Shown: one piece after another, positions 10,221 through 22,500 of the stretch
How positions within the stretch are numbered: position 1 is the first letter of the stretch
Layout of the letters: each line of letters opens with the position of its first letter
Virus record (IMG/VR): IMGVR_UViG_3300032246_001167
Coordinates: 1 to 57,742 of that record
Strand: one strand, 5' to 3'
DNA from: a virus
Taxonomy: Duplodnaviria; Caudoviricetes
DNA length: 57,742 bases
Notes under the pieces: model-generated
Seen by the model: only the letters and a program-made list of their open reading frames with translations
Told to the model about the DNA's origin: nothing
Databases searched by the model: none
Translations under genes and position numbers: made by a program

Positions 10221-12001
10221 GCTATTCGCGCAGACAAATAGAAGCGCTTGGTGAGCCGCTTGGCGATAGCGTTACCCGCAAAGAAGCGGGTCGTATTGTT
10301 TATGGCGGCGGCGGTGGTAGTCCTGGCCCACAGACGGTCACTCAAACGACTTCCAATATCCCAGACTGGATGCGTCCGCAAGTCGAGACGCTTCTTGGCG
10401 CTGGTATGCAACAGCTGTTCCAAACTGAGCCGGTTAAAGATGCCAAAGGCAATGTGACTGGGCAAAAAATTGTCGGGATGAAATCGTACACCCCGTACAG
10501 CAAAAACCCGGAAGATTACGTTGCTGGCTTTAACCCACTGCAGCAGCAGGTTCAGGCAAATGCAGCCAACTTACAAGTCCCCGGTCAATTTAATCAAGCG
10601 ACGCAACTAGCCAATCAAGCTGGTCAGGGTGCAATGATGACGCCCGATCAAGCCATGATGTATGGTCAAGCCGGGTATAACTCTGGCATGGCTGGCCAGG
10701 GTTTGGGCCTTCAAGCCTATCAAAACGCAGCACAGCAAGCGGGTACAGCTCAAGGCGCCGCTTATGGCTATGGCGGTCAAGGCGCAGGCTATGGAGCGCA
10801 GGCTGCAGGTCTAGCTCCACAGGCGCAAGGATACGGCAGGCAGGGCGCTGGCTATGGACAGACGGCCGCTGATATTGGTCTTATGGGTTTGCAAGCCCAA
10901 GACTACGGCATGGGCGTTGGTCAACAAGCCCGCAACTATGCAAACCAGGCAGCCATGGCAGGTCAGCAGTACGCCATGAATGCAACAGATCCCAACGCCA
11001 TCCAGGCGTACATGTCTCCGTTTCAACAAAATGTTGTGCAGGGACAATTGCTTGAGGCGCAACGTCAAGCCGATATAGCCAAGATGCAGCGCAAAGCTCA
11101 GTTTGGCCGTGCTGGTGCGCTAAGTGGTTCTGCCAGAGCAATTGAGGATGCGGAAGCAGACCGAAACTTGGCAACTCAGAAGAACGCCATCATGGCGCAA
11201 GGTTTGCAAAACGCATTCCAAAACGCCCAACAAGCGCAGCAATTTGGATCAACATTGGGATTGCAAGGATTGGCTGGCGCTCAGGCCGGTCTAGGCACAG
11301 CGCTTCAAGGCGGTCAACTTGGTTTGTCAGGTATTGGCCAAGCCATCTCGGGCCAACAAGCCGGCATGCAAGGCGCTGGCGTTGGCCTTCAGGGTCTTGG
11401 TCAAGCAGGTCAACTGTATGGCTTGGGCATGCAAGGCTCCGGTCTCGGCTTGCAGGGCGTTGGTCAGGCCATAAACGCTGGCCAACTTGGATTGCAAGGT
11501 GCCGGAGTTGGTTTGCAAGGTACCGGTCAGGGCATGCAGGGCGCTGGCTACGGACTGCAAGGCGTTCAAGGCGCACAAGCGGGTTATGGCCTTGGCGGAA
11601 CCCTGGCACAAATCCTTGGCGGCCTGGGTACGCAACAGCTGGCTGGGCAAACGGGCGTTCTTAATTTTCAGAATCAAATTGGTGGGCAACAGCAACAACA
11701 AGTTCAAAACGTCATCAATCAGGCTATTTCGGATTATGCGCAAGCACAAAACTATCCGATGCAGCAGTTGAATTCGTTTAACGCGTTGCTCCGAGGGTAT
11801 GTAGTGCCGGGCCAAACAGCTACGCAATATCAAGCGCCGCCCAGCACTGCATCACAGCTGGCATCAGCAGGTGTAGGCGCGTACGGTTTGTCGCAACTTG
11901 CCGGCATGCTTGGTGGTGGTAAGAAGAAAGGCGGCGTCATCAAGACTGGTGGCATCGAGCAATTAGCTATGCGGCGCGCTCTGCGGGGAGGAAAGCAATG
12001 A
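10217..12001 (+). CDS. DNA ejection (pilot) protein
   Basis: GGGGGS leader, YMSPFQQNVV, long Gly/Gln/Ala repeats (GLQGxGQ), typical of P22 gp7/gp20-like ejection proteins. Confidence 0.7.
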   Translation: MSYSRRQIEALGEPLGDSVTRKEAGRIVYGGGGGSPGPQTVTQTTSNIPDWMRPQVETLLGAGMQQLFQTEPVKDAKGNVTGQKIVGMKSYTPYSKNPEDYVAGFNPLQQQVQANAANLQVPGQFNQATQLANQAGQGAMMTPDQAMMYGQAGYNSGMAGQGLGLQAYQNAAQQAGTAQGAAYGYGGQGAGYGAQAAGLAPQAQGYGRQGAGYGQTAADIGLMGLQAQDYGMGVGQQARNYANQAAMAGQQYAMNATDPNAIQAYMSPFQQNVVQGQLLEAQRQADIAKMQRKAQFGRAGALSGSARAIEDAEADRNLATQKNAIMAQGLQNAFQNAQQAQQFGSTLGLQGLAGAQAGLGTALQGGQLGLSGIGQAISGQQAGMQGAGVGLQGLGQAGQLYGLGMQGSGLGLQGVGQAINAGQLGLQGAGVGLQGTGQGMQGAGYGLQGVQGAQAGYGLGGTLAQILGGLGTQQLAGQTGVLNFQNQIGGQQQQQVQNVINQAISDYAQAQNYPMQQLNSFNALLRGYVVPGQTATQYQAPPSTASQLASAGVGAYGLSQLAGMLGGGKKKGGVIKTGGIEQLAMRRALRGGKQ

Positions 12002-13524
12002 GCATCGTTAGTCAGATCCTCGCCAATCCTGACCGTTACTCGGTGCAGGAGCTTCAACAGGGCATGCAAAGCGGCATGATCCCAGGCTATGTAGCCATCC
12101 CGCTTATTCAAGACAAAGTCAAAAAACAGCAGCGCATGCAGATGGCCATGCAAGGCCAAGGCGCTCCGGGCGAAGATGCCCCGACTGTTGCTGAAGATGT
12201 TCTTCAACAAGCCGATCAGTCGCAAGGTCTGCCAATGTTGGAATCCAACCTACCAGCTGAAGAGCAGTCCTATGCACCCGGCGGTATCGTCGCGTTTGAG
12301 CACGGCGGCCCGGTCAAGCATTTCAAAGTGGGCGGTCTTGATATCGACCCAGAGGATTACGCCAGTTTTGGCGCTAGGGAGTTGTTGGGCCAGGACTATG
12401 TGGATACCTCCAAGGGTATTGCTGCGCTTGAGCCATATGCCAATCTGGATGATGACACCAACCCATCTGGCGGTTTGGCTGACGAGGTTCGCCGCAACAT
12501 GGCGGTTATGCGTCAGTTTTATGGCGAAGCACCTAGCAGCAAAGAAGATATTGGCAAGTTGCGCACTCTCTTGGAGCAGCGTTCAGCACAAGCAGCAGAA
12601 GACGCCAAGACGGCAAAAGAGCGCAACATTATTGGACTGTTGGCTAACATTGCAGCCAATCCATCACAGTACTCAAGCGTAGCCATTGGTTCTGGTACAG
12701 CTAAGAGCCTGCCTGAGTTTGCCGCAGCTGAAGCAGCGCAACGCAAACAGCAGATGGACGACGCAATGGCTGGCCTGTCGCTTACCAAAGCAGAACGTGA
12801 AGAAGCCCTGGCAGGTCTGCCGGGCGCTTTGCAACTTACTGGCTACGGTGCGGACACGGAAGCCAAGAAGGCAGCAGCCAGAGCAAAGGTTGCAATAGCA
12901 CGCATCAACGCAAACAAAGAAAGGTACGGTGGTTTTGACATCCAAGCCATGACTGCTCGTGCAAACGCCATGGCCTTTGAACAGTTTGACAAGCCACTTG
13001 ATCAGCTTGGCCCCAAAGAAAAGGCGAAGGTTTTGGGCGCGGCGGCAACAGCGCAACAGCGAGATAAGCAGGCAGCGCAGTTTGATGCCAATGCAATTAG
13101 AAATGCACTTGGTCTGGGCAACCTAGGTCTCCAGCAATCCAACATTAACCACGAAGCATACTCAGCTTCACTTGCGTCGTTTGACAGAAACAAAGCCACG
13201 GACCGCAGAATCCAGCGTAATTACGACGCAATTGAAAAACAGTTTGGCACTGATGTTGCATTGGATTGGAAAAATAACCAAGTTGCGGCTATTTACAACG
13301 CTAACCCTGGCATTCCGCAAAGACTTCCAATGAAGCAGTTGCCAGAAGGCGTTGCCGCGTTGGTGCAAAAGAAGGGCGGAGAGGCGCCTGCACCAGCCAC
13401 TGCACCTAAGGCCGCCGGTTCAAGTACACTGTCTGCTGTAGACCAGAAGGCTTTGGAATGGGCAAACGCAAACCCCAAAGATCCAAGAGCCGATCAGATT
13501 AAAGCGAGACTAGGAAGCAGGTAA
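11998..13524 (+). CDS. internal virion / ejection protein
   Basis: Ala/Gln-rich helical protein between the pilot protein and the giant protein; YAPGGIV, FEHGGPV, FKVGGL motifs. Confidence 0.6.
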   Translation: MSIVSQILANPDRYSVQELQQGMQSGMIPGYVAIPLIQDKVKKQQRMQMAMQGQGAPGEDAPTVAEDVLQQADQSQGLPMLESNLPAEEQSYAPGGIVAFEHGGPVKHFKVGGLDIDPEDYASFGARELLGQDYVDTSKGIAALEPYANLDDDTNPSGGLADEVRRNMAVMRQFYGEAPSSKEDIGKLRTLLEQRSAQAAEDAKTAKERNIIGLLANIAANPSQYSSVAIGSGTAKSLPEFAAAEAAQRKQQMDDAMAGLSLTKAEREEALAGLPGALQLTGYGADTEAKKAAARAKVAIARINANKERYGGFDIQAMTARANAMAFEQFDKPLDQLGPKEKAKVLGAAATAQQRDKQAAQFDANAIRNALGLGNLGLQQSNINHEAYSASLASFDRNKATDRRIQRNYDAIEKQFGTDVALDWKNNQVAAIYNANPGIPQRLPMKQLPEGVAALVQKKGGEAPAPATAPKAAGSSTLSAVDQKALEWANANPKDPRADQIKARLGSR

Positions 13525-16500
13525 TGGCTTTTGACCCCGATGCTTATCTGCGTGAAAAATCAAAGCCTGAGTTTGACCCTGATGAGTATCTAAGCACAAC
13601 GCCATCAGAGCCCTTTGATCCTGACGCATACCTAGCCTCTACCAAAAAGGCAGAGCCCAGCTTTTTTGACCGTGCCAAAACAGCGGTAACCGACTTTTTC
13701 ACGCCGCATCCCAGCAAAGATGCTGGGCCCGCCATGCTCACGCCTGAAGAAGAGGTGATGGGCGCTGTTGCTGCAGCCCCTCCTCAAGCTGCCCCCAAGG
13801 TTGCACCGCCCCCGCCGGCGCCGATGGTTTATAAGAACCGCCGCGAAGCTTTGGATGACGCGGTCAACATGCTTGAAGAAGGCTTTGACCAGAAGAAAGT
13901 AATCGAGGCATTCCAAAAGCTCAATGTGCCTTGGGATGAGATTGTTAAGTACGGCAAGTCACGTGGCAGCGAGTACTTTGCACCAGGCATCCCGGCCACT
14001 GCAGAGCAAAAGCGTCGTGCTGCTGCAGCACCTCCGGCACCGGTATCGGAGCTGAAGCCCGGTCCTGAGCCGACTTACCTTGAAGGTGCAATGAACGCGT
14101 TTAAGCGCGGAAAAGCCAACATGTCCGATGTAGCAACCGGGATGTTGTTTGAAAGTCGCGTTCTCAACCCAGACGAAGCAGGGCAGATCCTGGCTCGCAA
14201 TGCAAATCAACGCGCTGCAGCTGCACCTTCTTATGAAGTGCAAAAGGGCATGGAGGCCATTGGCAGCGCCAAGACTTATGGCGAAGCAGTAGATGCCCTG
14301 TGGAACAACAAGAGCGCGACTCTAACAATGTTAGTCGACTCGCTGTTTCAAACGGCACCGACTCTTGGAGCGACGGCCGTTGCGGCGCCGCTGGGTGCAT
14401 TGTCACGTTTTGTCTCGACCTTTGGCGCGTCGGGCTCAATGGAATATGCGGGCGTTATCAATGACGTTTTGAATGAAAACGGCGTTGACCTGCGTAACCC
14501 GTCGGCCATTTCCAAGGCATTGAGTGACCCCAAAGTGTTGGAGCAGATGAAAGACAAGGGCATGAAGCGTGGCCTTGTCGTTGGTTTGTTTGATGGTCTT
14601 ACCGCTGGCATTGCTAGTTCTTTCATGAGGCCGGCCGAGGAAATCATTGCGGCCAACAAACTTACGGGCATGCAAGCCAAGAAAGTTGCGGCTGCCACGT
14701 GGGCAAAAGAACTGTCTTTGCAAATGGCTGGCGGTGCCGGTGGTGAATTTGCCGCACAACAGATCACTGGCGAAAACAAACCAGCCGACGTGATCATGGA
14801 AGCGCTAGCGGAAGGCCTAACCGCTCCAGCAGAAGTCATAAGCGCCATGCAAGCTGGCAAAGCCCCTCCGGCTCCAGCAGCAGAAGTCCCGCCGCAAGCA
14901 CCGCCACCTGAGCCCCCGCAAACGCCTCCTAGCCGGGTTGAGCCATTTGTTGGTGAAGAACCGCCAGCCCCAGCGCCAGCCCCCACGGAAGGTATCCCCG
15001 GCATTGTGTCGGCAGCGGAGACCATTCCAGAATCAACTGCTGACCTGACTGAGGAAGAGCAGAACCTTGTTACTGGCTACCTGGCCACTGGGTTTAGCGA
15101 AGAGGAAGCGTTTGACCGGATCATGAAGCGCCGGGAGCGTAAGGGTGGAACTCGTGCCCTGCCTCCAGTTGAAACGCCGATGCCGCCGGTTCAGGCAGAG
15201 CCCAAGCTTCCTGAGCTGCCTTCTAATGAAACAGCAGCTGTCGGCATGCCAACGGTTGAGGTGCCGCTCAAAGATTTGACCCTCTCTAAAGATGTGCCGC
15301 AGTTCAAGATGGGCGCCAATGAGAAGGGCGTGGTTGAGCCTCTTGGCGGCAAGTTTGAGCGCACTGGGGTCGCGCCCATTCAAGTGTGGCGTCGCAACGA
15401 TGGCAGCCTAGAGGTCATCTCTGGTCGGCACCGTTTGGATCTGGCTCGCCGCAGTGGTGAAACAACCATCCCGGCACAGATTCACGATGAGGCCCAAGGC
15501 TTCACGCCGCAGATGGCAGCCGTGTTGGATGCCGAGCTGAACATCCGTGATGGACAAGGAAAGGTCAAAGACTATGTCAATTACTTCAAAGCGTCCGGGA
15601 TCACCCCGCAAGATGCCGAGTCAAGAGGACTTCTGGCAAGAGCAACGGGCAAAAGGGCTTTCACCGTCGCATCTCAGGGCAGTGATGAACTCATTGCCGC
15701 AGTTCGTAACGACCAAGTCCCCGATGAAGCGGCGTACTTCATCGCGCTAAACGCACCTAACGACTCACGTCTTCAGGGCGTGGGTCTGCAGGCTGTCATG
15801 GATGGCAAGTCGGCCAACATTGCGGTCAACACGATGCAAGCCGTCAAGGCGTTGGGCATAGAGAACAACACCACGACGGACATGTTTGGCTTTGACGACA
15901 GCGCTTTGAAAGAAGCGCAAGCCATGGCACAAGTCGCGGCTCGCAAGCAAAGAGAAATCCAAACTCGCCTATCGGCTATCAGCGGTGCAGCCAAGAACCC
16001 GGCGATCGCCAAAGCAGAAGGCATCGACATCCGCGACCCTAACGCTGTTAATCAGCGCATCCAAGAGCTGCGCCAGATGAAGGCAGCTTGGGATAACTGG
16101 TCGACCAACCCGGACCTGATTGGCGAGATCCGCCAGGCTCGCGGTGTTGAAGCTCCCTCACTTACTTTGCGTGGTGAAACGGAAGAAGAGATCCGTGCGC
16201 GTGAAGAAGCAGCTGCAGCAGAGGAGCGTCGCCGCCGGGCTGAAGAAGATGCTGCTAAGAAGGCAGAGCAAGAGGCAGCAGAGCGTGCTCGTGCTGAGCA
16301 GACCGTTGGCCTATTTGAGCTGGGCCAGACCGCAGACCAACAATTGTCTGGCATGGGCGACCTGTTCGCCTCGCAAGAACCGGCTGTTGCGAAAGAGAAG
16401 CCAGCTGAGACAAAGGTCGAGCCTACTGGTGCAGCGCGATTGGTGATGGACAGGGCTCAACGCCTTGCTAATGCTGAAAATAACTTCCGCACATCAGTCA

Positions 16501-19500
16501 TGGAACAGTTTGGCCTGACGGCTGAACAGGCCGACGCGGCGCTACAAAAACTGATTAAGGAAAAGCTGGTTACGCTGAACCCAGATACCGGCCAGGCCGA
16601 CCTGAAGACCGGTGCAGCTTGGGACCGCGATGTCATGCTGCGCGCAGCTGGCGCTGAAGAAGAGCCAAAGGAAGAGCGCAAGCCCGGCGCTACTGATGAC
16701 GAAATCAAGAAGGTCGGTGAGGTCTTTGAAGGTGCTCAAGAGAGCCAGGTCGAAGACGACTTTGAAATTCACCACCTCTTTGATCCTCCCGCAAAGGAGG
16801 ACATTGTTCGCCTGAGCGAGAAGGAAGACTTCCTTACGCCCGAGCAAGCCAAGGCCAAGATTGCCGAGTGGCGCAAGAACGCCGAAGAGCAAGACAAGAA
16901 GGGTCGGGCTAAAGGGCAGATGAACCCCAACTCCGACAAGGTGGTTCTGTCGTTGTTTGACCTGACCGGTGCTTGGAGTGAGCCGTGGGTTGAGGCCGGT
17001 TATCAGGTCTACCGCTTTGACATTCAAGACAAGTGGACGATGAAGGACGAGACCACTGGCGAAGAGGTCAACCTTGGTGACATCAACCAGTTCAGCGTCA
17101 AGTATTTCCAAGACCTCTTTGGCGACTTTGAGGGTAACGACGTCTACGCCATCCTGGCTGCCTGTCCGTGTACAGACTTTGCTTCTAGTGGAGCGCGTCA
17201 CTTCAAGGCCAAGGACGCTAACGGCAAGACGATGGACTCCATCAACCTTGTCAAAAAGACACTGGCCGTTATTGATTACTGGAAGCCTTCCATCTGGGCT
17301 ATTGAAAACCCGGTAGGCCGGATTGAAAAGTTGGGCGGTCTTCCCCCATGGCGGATGTCGTTTGACCCGTACATGTTTGGCGACCCGTATACCAAGAAGA
17401 CTTTGCTGTGGGGCCGCTTCAACGCCGACCTGCCGACTGCTCCTGTTGAACCCACCGAGGGTTCCAAGATGCACCGTCAGTACGGCGGCAAGTCTTTGGC
17501 TACCAAGAACGCCCGCAGCGTTACACCGGAAGGTTTTGCCTATGCGTTCTTCCAAGCCAACAACGCCATCGACAACCCGGTGCTGGCAATCGCTGGCAAG
17601 TATGACCGCCTAGATCGTGACCTTATTCAACAGGCGTTGGATGCTGGCCTTACGGAATACGAAATCCAGCAGTTGGTTGATGACCCGTACTATTTTGATG
17701 GCGACGACGAGGCGGCAGAGAACGCCCTGCGTGCAGCTATTGCGGAGAAGAAATCGCAAAAGCCGGCTGTTGCGAAAGAAAAGCCCACAGAAGAAAAGGA
17801 CCTCTTTGGCGAGCCCACCGAAGAGGCTTTGAAAGCGCAAGCCAGAGAGCTGATGAATACGAAGGTTCGTATTTATGCGTCTGGCATGTCTGCTATCAGC
17901 GATTTGTCTAGGGCTGGCCGTGGCGCTGGCGGTCTTGATCTCAAGGGCGTTGGCGTGGATGTTGGCGAGCTGTCGGCTAACGCCATCAACATGCTTGCCC
18001 ACACGATTGTTAATTTTAACGGTGCCGCGTTTATCGACTCCGGCGCGTTCGGTGCGTTTAGGCGTGGCCTGAAGTCAGGGACCATTACGCCCATTAACTT
18101 TGACAACGTGCTCAAAAAGTACGACGCCATCATTGATGCCGTTGGCCAGACGGCAGAAGAGAATGGTGGGGATTGGTCTGATGTGCCCAACAAGCCGATG
18201 CTCGTCATGCCTGACGTTGTTGGCGACCAAACCGCCTCTCTGGCTGAGCTGAAGAAGCATCTGCGGTGGGTCAAGACTGAGCTCAAACTTAACCATCTGC
18301 AGCTGATCGTCCCGTTGCAACGCGGTGACCTGTCTCTAAGCGATGCCTACAAGGCAATCGTCGACATGCTGGGCACCGATAACTTTGTGGTTGGCATCCC
18401 ATCCAACGCAGCTGCCATCACGCCGCAGGAACTTGAGGCGTTCCTCCGTGAGTCCAAGCCCAAGGCTATTCACATCCTGGGTGCTGGTTCTGAAAAGAAT
18501 CTGCTGCCCCGACTAATCAGTGCCATCAACGCAGGCGTAGCGGACACCACCAAGATCACGGCTGATGCCTCGCCTATCCGTAGCGCTGTGTTGGCCGCAG
18601 TTGCCAACGGGGCAAAACGCGGTGATGCCATTGAACAGTTTGTGTTTGATGAGCGTGACCCGGCCCTTCTAAGGGATCTTGAACGAGCAAAAGCCGAGCC
18701 TGCCGCACCAGCAGCTCCGGTGGAAGCAGTTGCCGAAGAGCCTGTTGCGCCCGCCGAGAAACCAGCCAAGGCACCAAAGGTAGCCAAAGAAAAGCTGCCC
18801 TATACGCCTGAGCAACGCAAGGAAGCAGAGGGTCACGCCGAAGAAATTAAGGGTGATCTGTTCTGGCAGAAGGGCGACTACGCTCTGGTGCGCACCTATT
18901 CACTGACCGGCGACACCATTTACATACCCACAATGGGTTCTAGAAGGGCGATGGTTGTAGACGTCAGGTCGTTTACCAACAAAGCCCTGCCTGAAGACAT
19001 TAAGCAGGAGATGCTTGCGGCTAGAGAACAAGCCGAGCGCGAAGCTGAGATCCGTCACGAGTTTGCTCCGTTCATCAAGTTCAAGGATGGGATTGCTCTA
19101 TCTGAAGACATTCCAGACAACCTGGCTGGCGTCATCCGTGGGTGGAAGGATCTTCTCAAGCTGGATGCGCCGATCTATGTATCCACGATTGAGGATGCAA
19201 GACGCAACAAGAACAATTTCACTGGTCCGCATCGCCGCATCGGGTCTGGCACGATCAATGAAAACGATGCCGGCTCTATGCGCCGCATGAATGATGGCAG
19301 CTATTACATCCTGTTCACCAAGTCGACCAGCCCAACCGTCATGCTGGAAATTTTGGGCCACGAGCTTGGGCACTTGCATCAAGCGTTGGTGTTCGACAGA
19401 GCGCCCCGTGAAACTCAGCAAGCCATCAGAGATGCGCATAAAAATTGGTTGGCATCCCAAAAGGGCAAAACCGCCAAAGAGCTAGTTGCCTCTATGCGTG

Positions 19501-22500
19501 GCCGCGCAACAGCTCGCCGCGTGCGTTACGCAAGCGAAGACCTGAAGGCTGAAGAGGCCAGCTCATACTGGCATTCTTTCAAAGAGTGGTATGCCGACCA
19601 GGTATCGCGCTGGGCTGTATCGGCCGAGGCTCCTACCACCATTGTGGAGAAGTTCTTTAAGCGCCTTGGCAACCAGCTACGCCAGTTCTACCAGCAACTG
19701 AAGAACAAGAAGTACCTGCCTGATGAGACGTTTGCCAAGTACATCAACGAAGTCACGGCCCGCGCTCCAGAACTAACTCCGCCGAAGGATATAAGCGATT
19801 TAGCAGAGCAGTCGCGCAAGATGGTGGAGCCGGAACAAACAAATGAAGATGAAGACGACAAGCTGCTGAGCAAGTACAACCGGCCGAACACGCCGATGTT
19901 GGATGGCAAACCGCTGGGCACGTTCCTTCTGGGACAGTGGAAGAACGGCAAGCAGCTGTTCAAAGACTTCATCAACGACCCGGTAGAAGCGGCAAAGGAT
20001 GCGGGTGATTCAGCATTCGATGCGGTGATCTCAGCCCGGATGCAGACCGTTTGGTTTGGCGCCGGCCTAGAGTCGCGTGATTTCAATCGCTATGGCCGCC
20101 AGCTGCGGACCAGCGAAGGCTTGGCTATTGCCTCGGTTGCTTTGGATAACGCCATCCACAGCGCCAACATTGGCATCCAAGTCTTGTTCCAAGGTGGCTT
20201 GAAGTACGACTCCAAGTTTGGTCGCTTTGTTGCCGTCGAACGCAAGCTTGGTATGCGTGGCGTGTACGAAGCAGAAAAGCGCATGAAGGATCGTATCGGC
20301 GCCCAGAAGGCCACGAACCTTATCAATGGTTATCTGGAAGCCAAGCGTTCGATCAGCATCATGAACGAGCTCTACGATCGCCAGGCCAATTACGAAGATC
20401 TGAAGGCGCATTTAGAAGAGCTGGTCAATCAAGGCGCCAAAGAGGCAGACATCCAGGATGCCCGCGATGATTTGATAGACGCCCAGAATGATCTCAAGGC
20501 CATCCAGAAGGCCGCCTCTTCTGTGCTGATGTCAGAGCAAGAGATGCGCGACTTTGCTGCTTTGGATAAGAGCCATCCAGAGCTGCGCGAGATCATGAAG
20601 AACTTCAACGCCATCAACCAAAACCTGCTTAGGGTTTGGCGTGACGTTGGCCTGTTGTCTGAAAAGCGTTACAACACCCTGGCTGACATTCAGGACTACG
20701 TGCCGTGGCAGCGCCTTATGGAAGACGGCGAAGATCCGCATACGCCGCTCCAGTCGACTAATCGAAACCTGACCAACATCGGCCGGGAGAAGTTGTTCAA
20801 GCGCGGCGCACCAACGGACGTCTTGGACTTTAAGGCTCAGGTAGGTCAGAACACTTTTGAGCTTCCTGCCTCTACAGTCTTAAAGGTTACCGTTGACGGC
20901 AAGCGTGTGCCGGCAGATCTTCTGTCTGTGACTGAAGACGGCAAGTTGCGTATCGACCAGCCGATTGAAGAAGGCGCCTTGGTGGTGTTTAAGGTCACCC
21001 GACCGATCAACAACATCATTGAAAACATGACGCAGAACGTCATGCGCATGAGCATGAACGCCATCCGTCACTACGCAGCTGCGCGGATTGTTTATGAATA
21101 CGGCACGCGTGCGCCTGATGGCAAGTTGATGACCTTCCCCAAGGTGGACAAGGCAAAGAACCGCTTCAACTTCATCATTGATGGGCAAAAGGTTGTGGTG
21201 GAAATCAGCGATCCTTTGGTTGCTGGATCCATCTACGGCATGGAGAACCTTGACCTAGAGATGTGGAAGCCTTTGGCCATGGTCACTAACCTTGTTCGAC
21301 GGTCTATTACTTTGTCTGGGGCGTTCCAGCTTGAGCAGGTTTTGAAAGACGCGCCCACAGCAGCCATGGTTACCGGCGTTAAGCGTCCTGACTTGTTGAT
21401 TGGCGGCGTGCTCAAGGGCCTTATAACCTCTTTGGTCCAGCCTGCCGGCAAAGCGGCGGGTGTTGATATTGAACCCACAGTCAACATCCTTAGAGCTGCC
21501 GGTATTGGTGGATTCCATAGTCCATCCCGTACGTCAGAAGAAACAGTTAAGCGCCGCATTGGGGTGATGAACCGCAATGTTTATTCGGCATCGATTCAAA
21601 TGCTTGACCACATTGGCGACTCTGCCGATATGGCGCAGCGCGTGGCTGTGTACAAGCGCGTCCTTGCAGAAACCGGGGATGAGATGCAGGCGTTGCATCA
21701 GGCGGCCAATGTCATCAACTTCTTGCACCGGGGTTCTGCTGGTTACGCCCAGGTGTTGTTCAAGATCGTGCCGTTTATGAGCGCATACGCCAATGCAACG
21801 GACGTTCTGGCCAACGCTTTGATTGGCGGAAACCTCAAGGGCATGAGCCGCGCCAAGGCCATACGCCGATTGGCTATCGCAACTGCCATGCTGTCCAGCC
21901 TGACGTTAATGTATTGCATGCTTGTGGGCGGTGACCCGGATTATGAAGAGCTTGATGACCAGACGAAGATGCGCAACATCATCGTGCCGGGAACCAAGAT
22001 AAAAATCCCCATGAACACCTCGGCCGCGTACATCTGGAAGGCCGTGCCGGAGATGCTCTACAACACGGTCATCAACGAAGGCACCCAGAACGAAGTAGAC
22101 CGCACCCGCCTTAAGAAGGCTTTGTCTCAAGCGGCTAAAGATATGTTGCTTGGCCCCCCGCCCATTCCGGCTGGCGTTGGCAAAGTAGCAGAAGTGGTTT
22201 TGGACCACGACTTCTACACTGGGCGTGGCGTAATCCCCGAAAACCTCAAGCACGTTGAAGCTTTTGAACAATGGGATGCCTCTACATCTGAGCTAGCCAA
22301 GAAGCTGAGCGCTTATACCGAGGTTCCGGGCACTGATGGCAAGCGTGTCTTGAGCCCCATCGAGGCGGACCACCTGGTGCGTGGTTTGTTTGGTTCAGTT
22401 GGCTTCACCGCTCAGTGGATTTCCAACGCTATTGGTGAGCGCAATGGCGATCGTCCTGAACTGACTGGCCGTGAAACTCCGGTGATTGGCCGGTTTATCA

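Noticed and set aside
16542-17555. 337-aa minus-strand ORF (also 24270-25295, 54230-55009, 14348-15025, 37638-38321)
   Set aside because: Antisense shadows of well-supported plus-strand genes; no RBS or motifs
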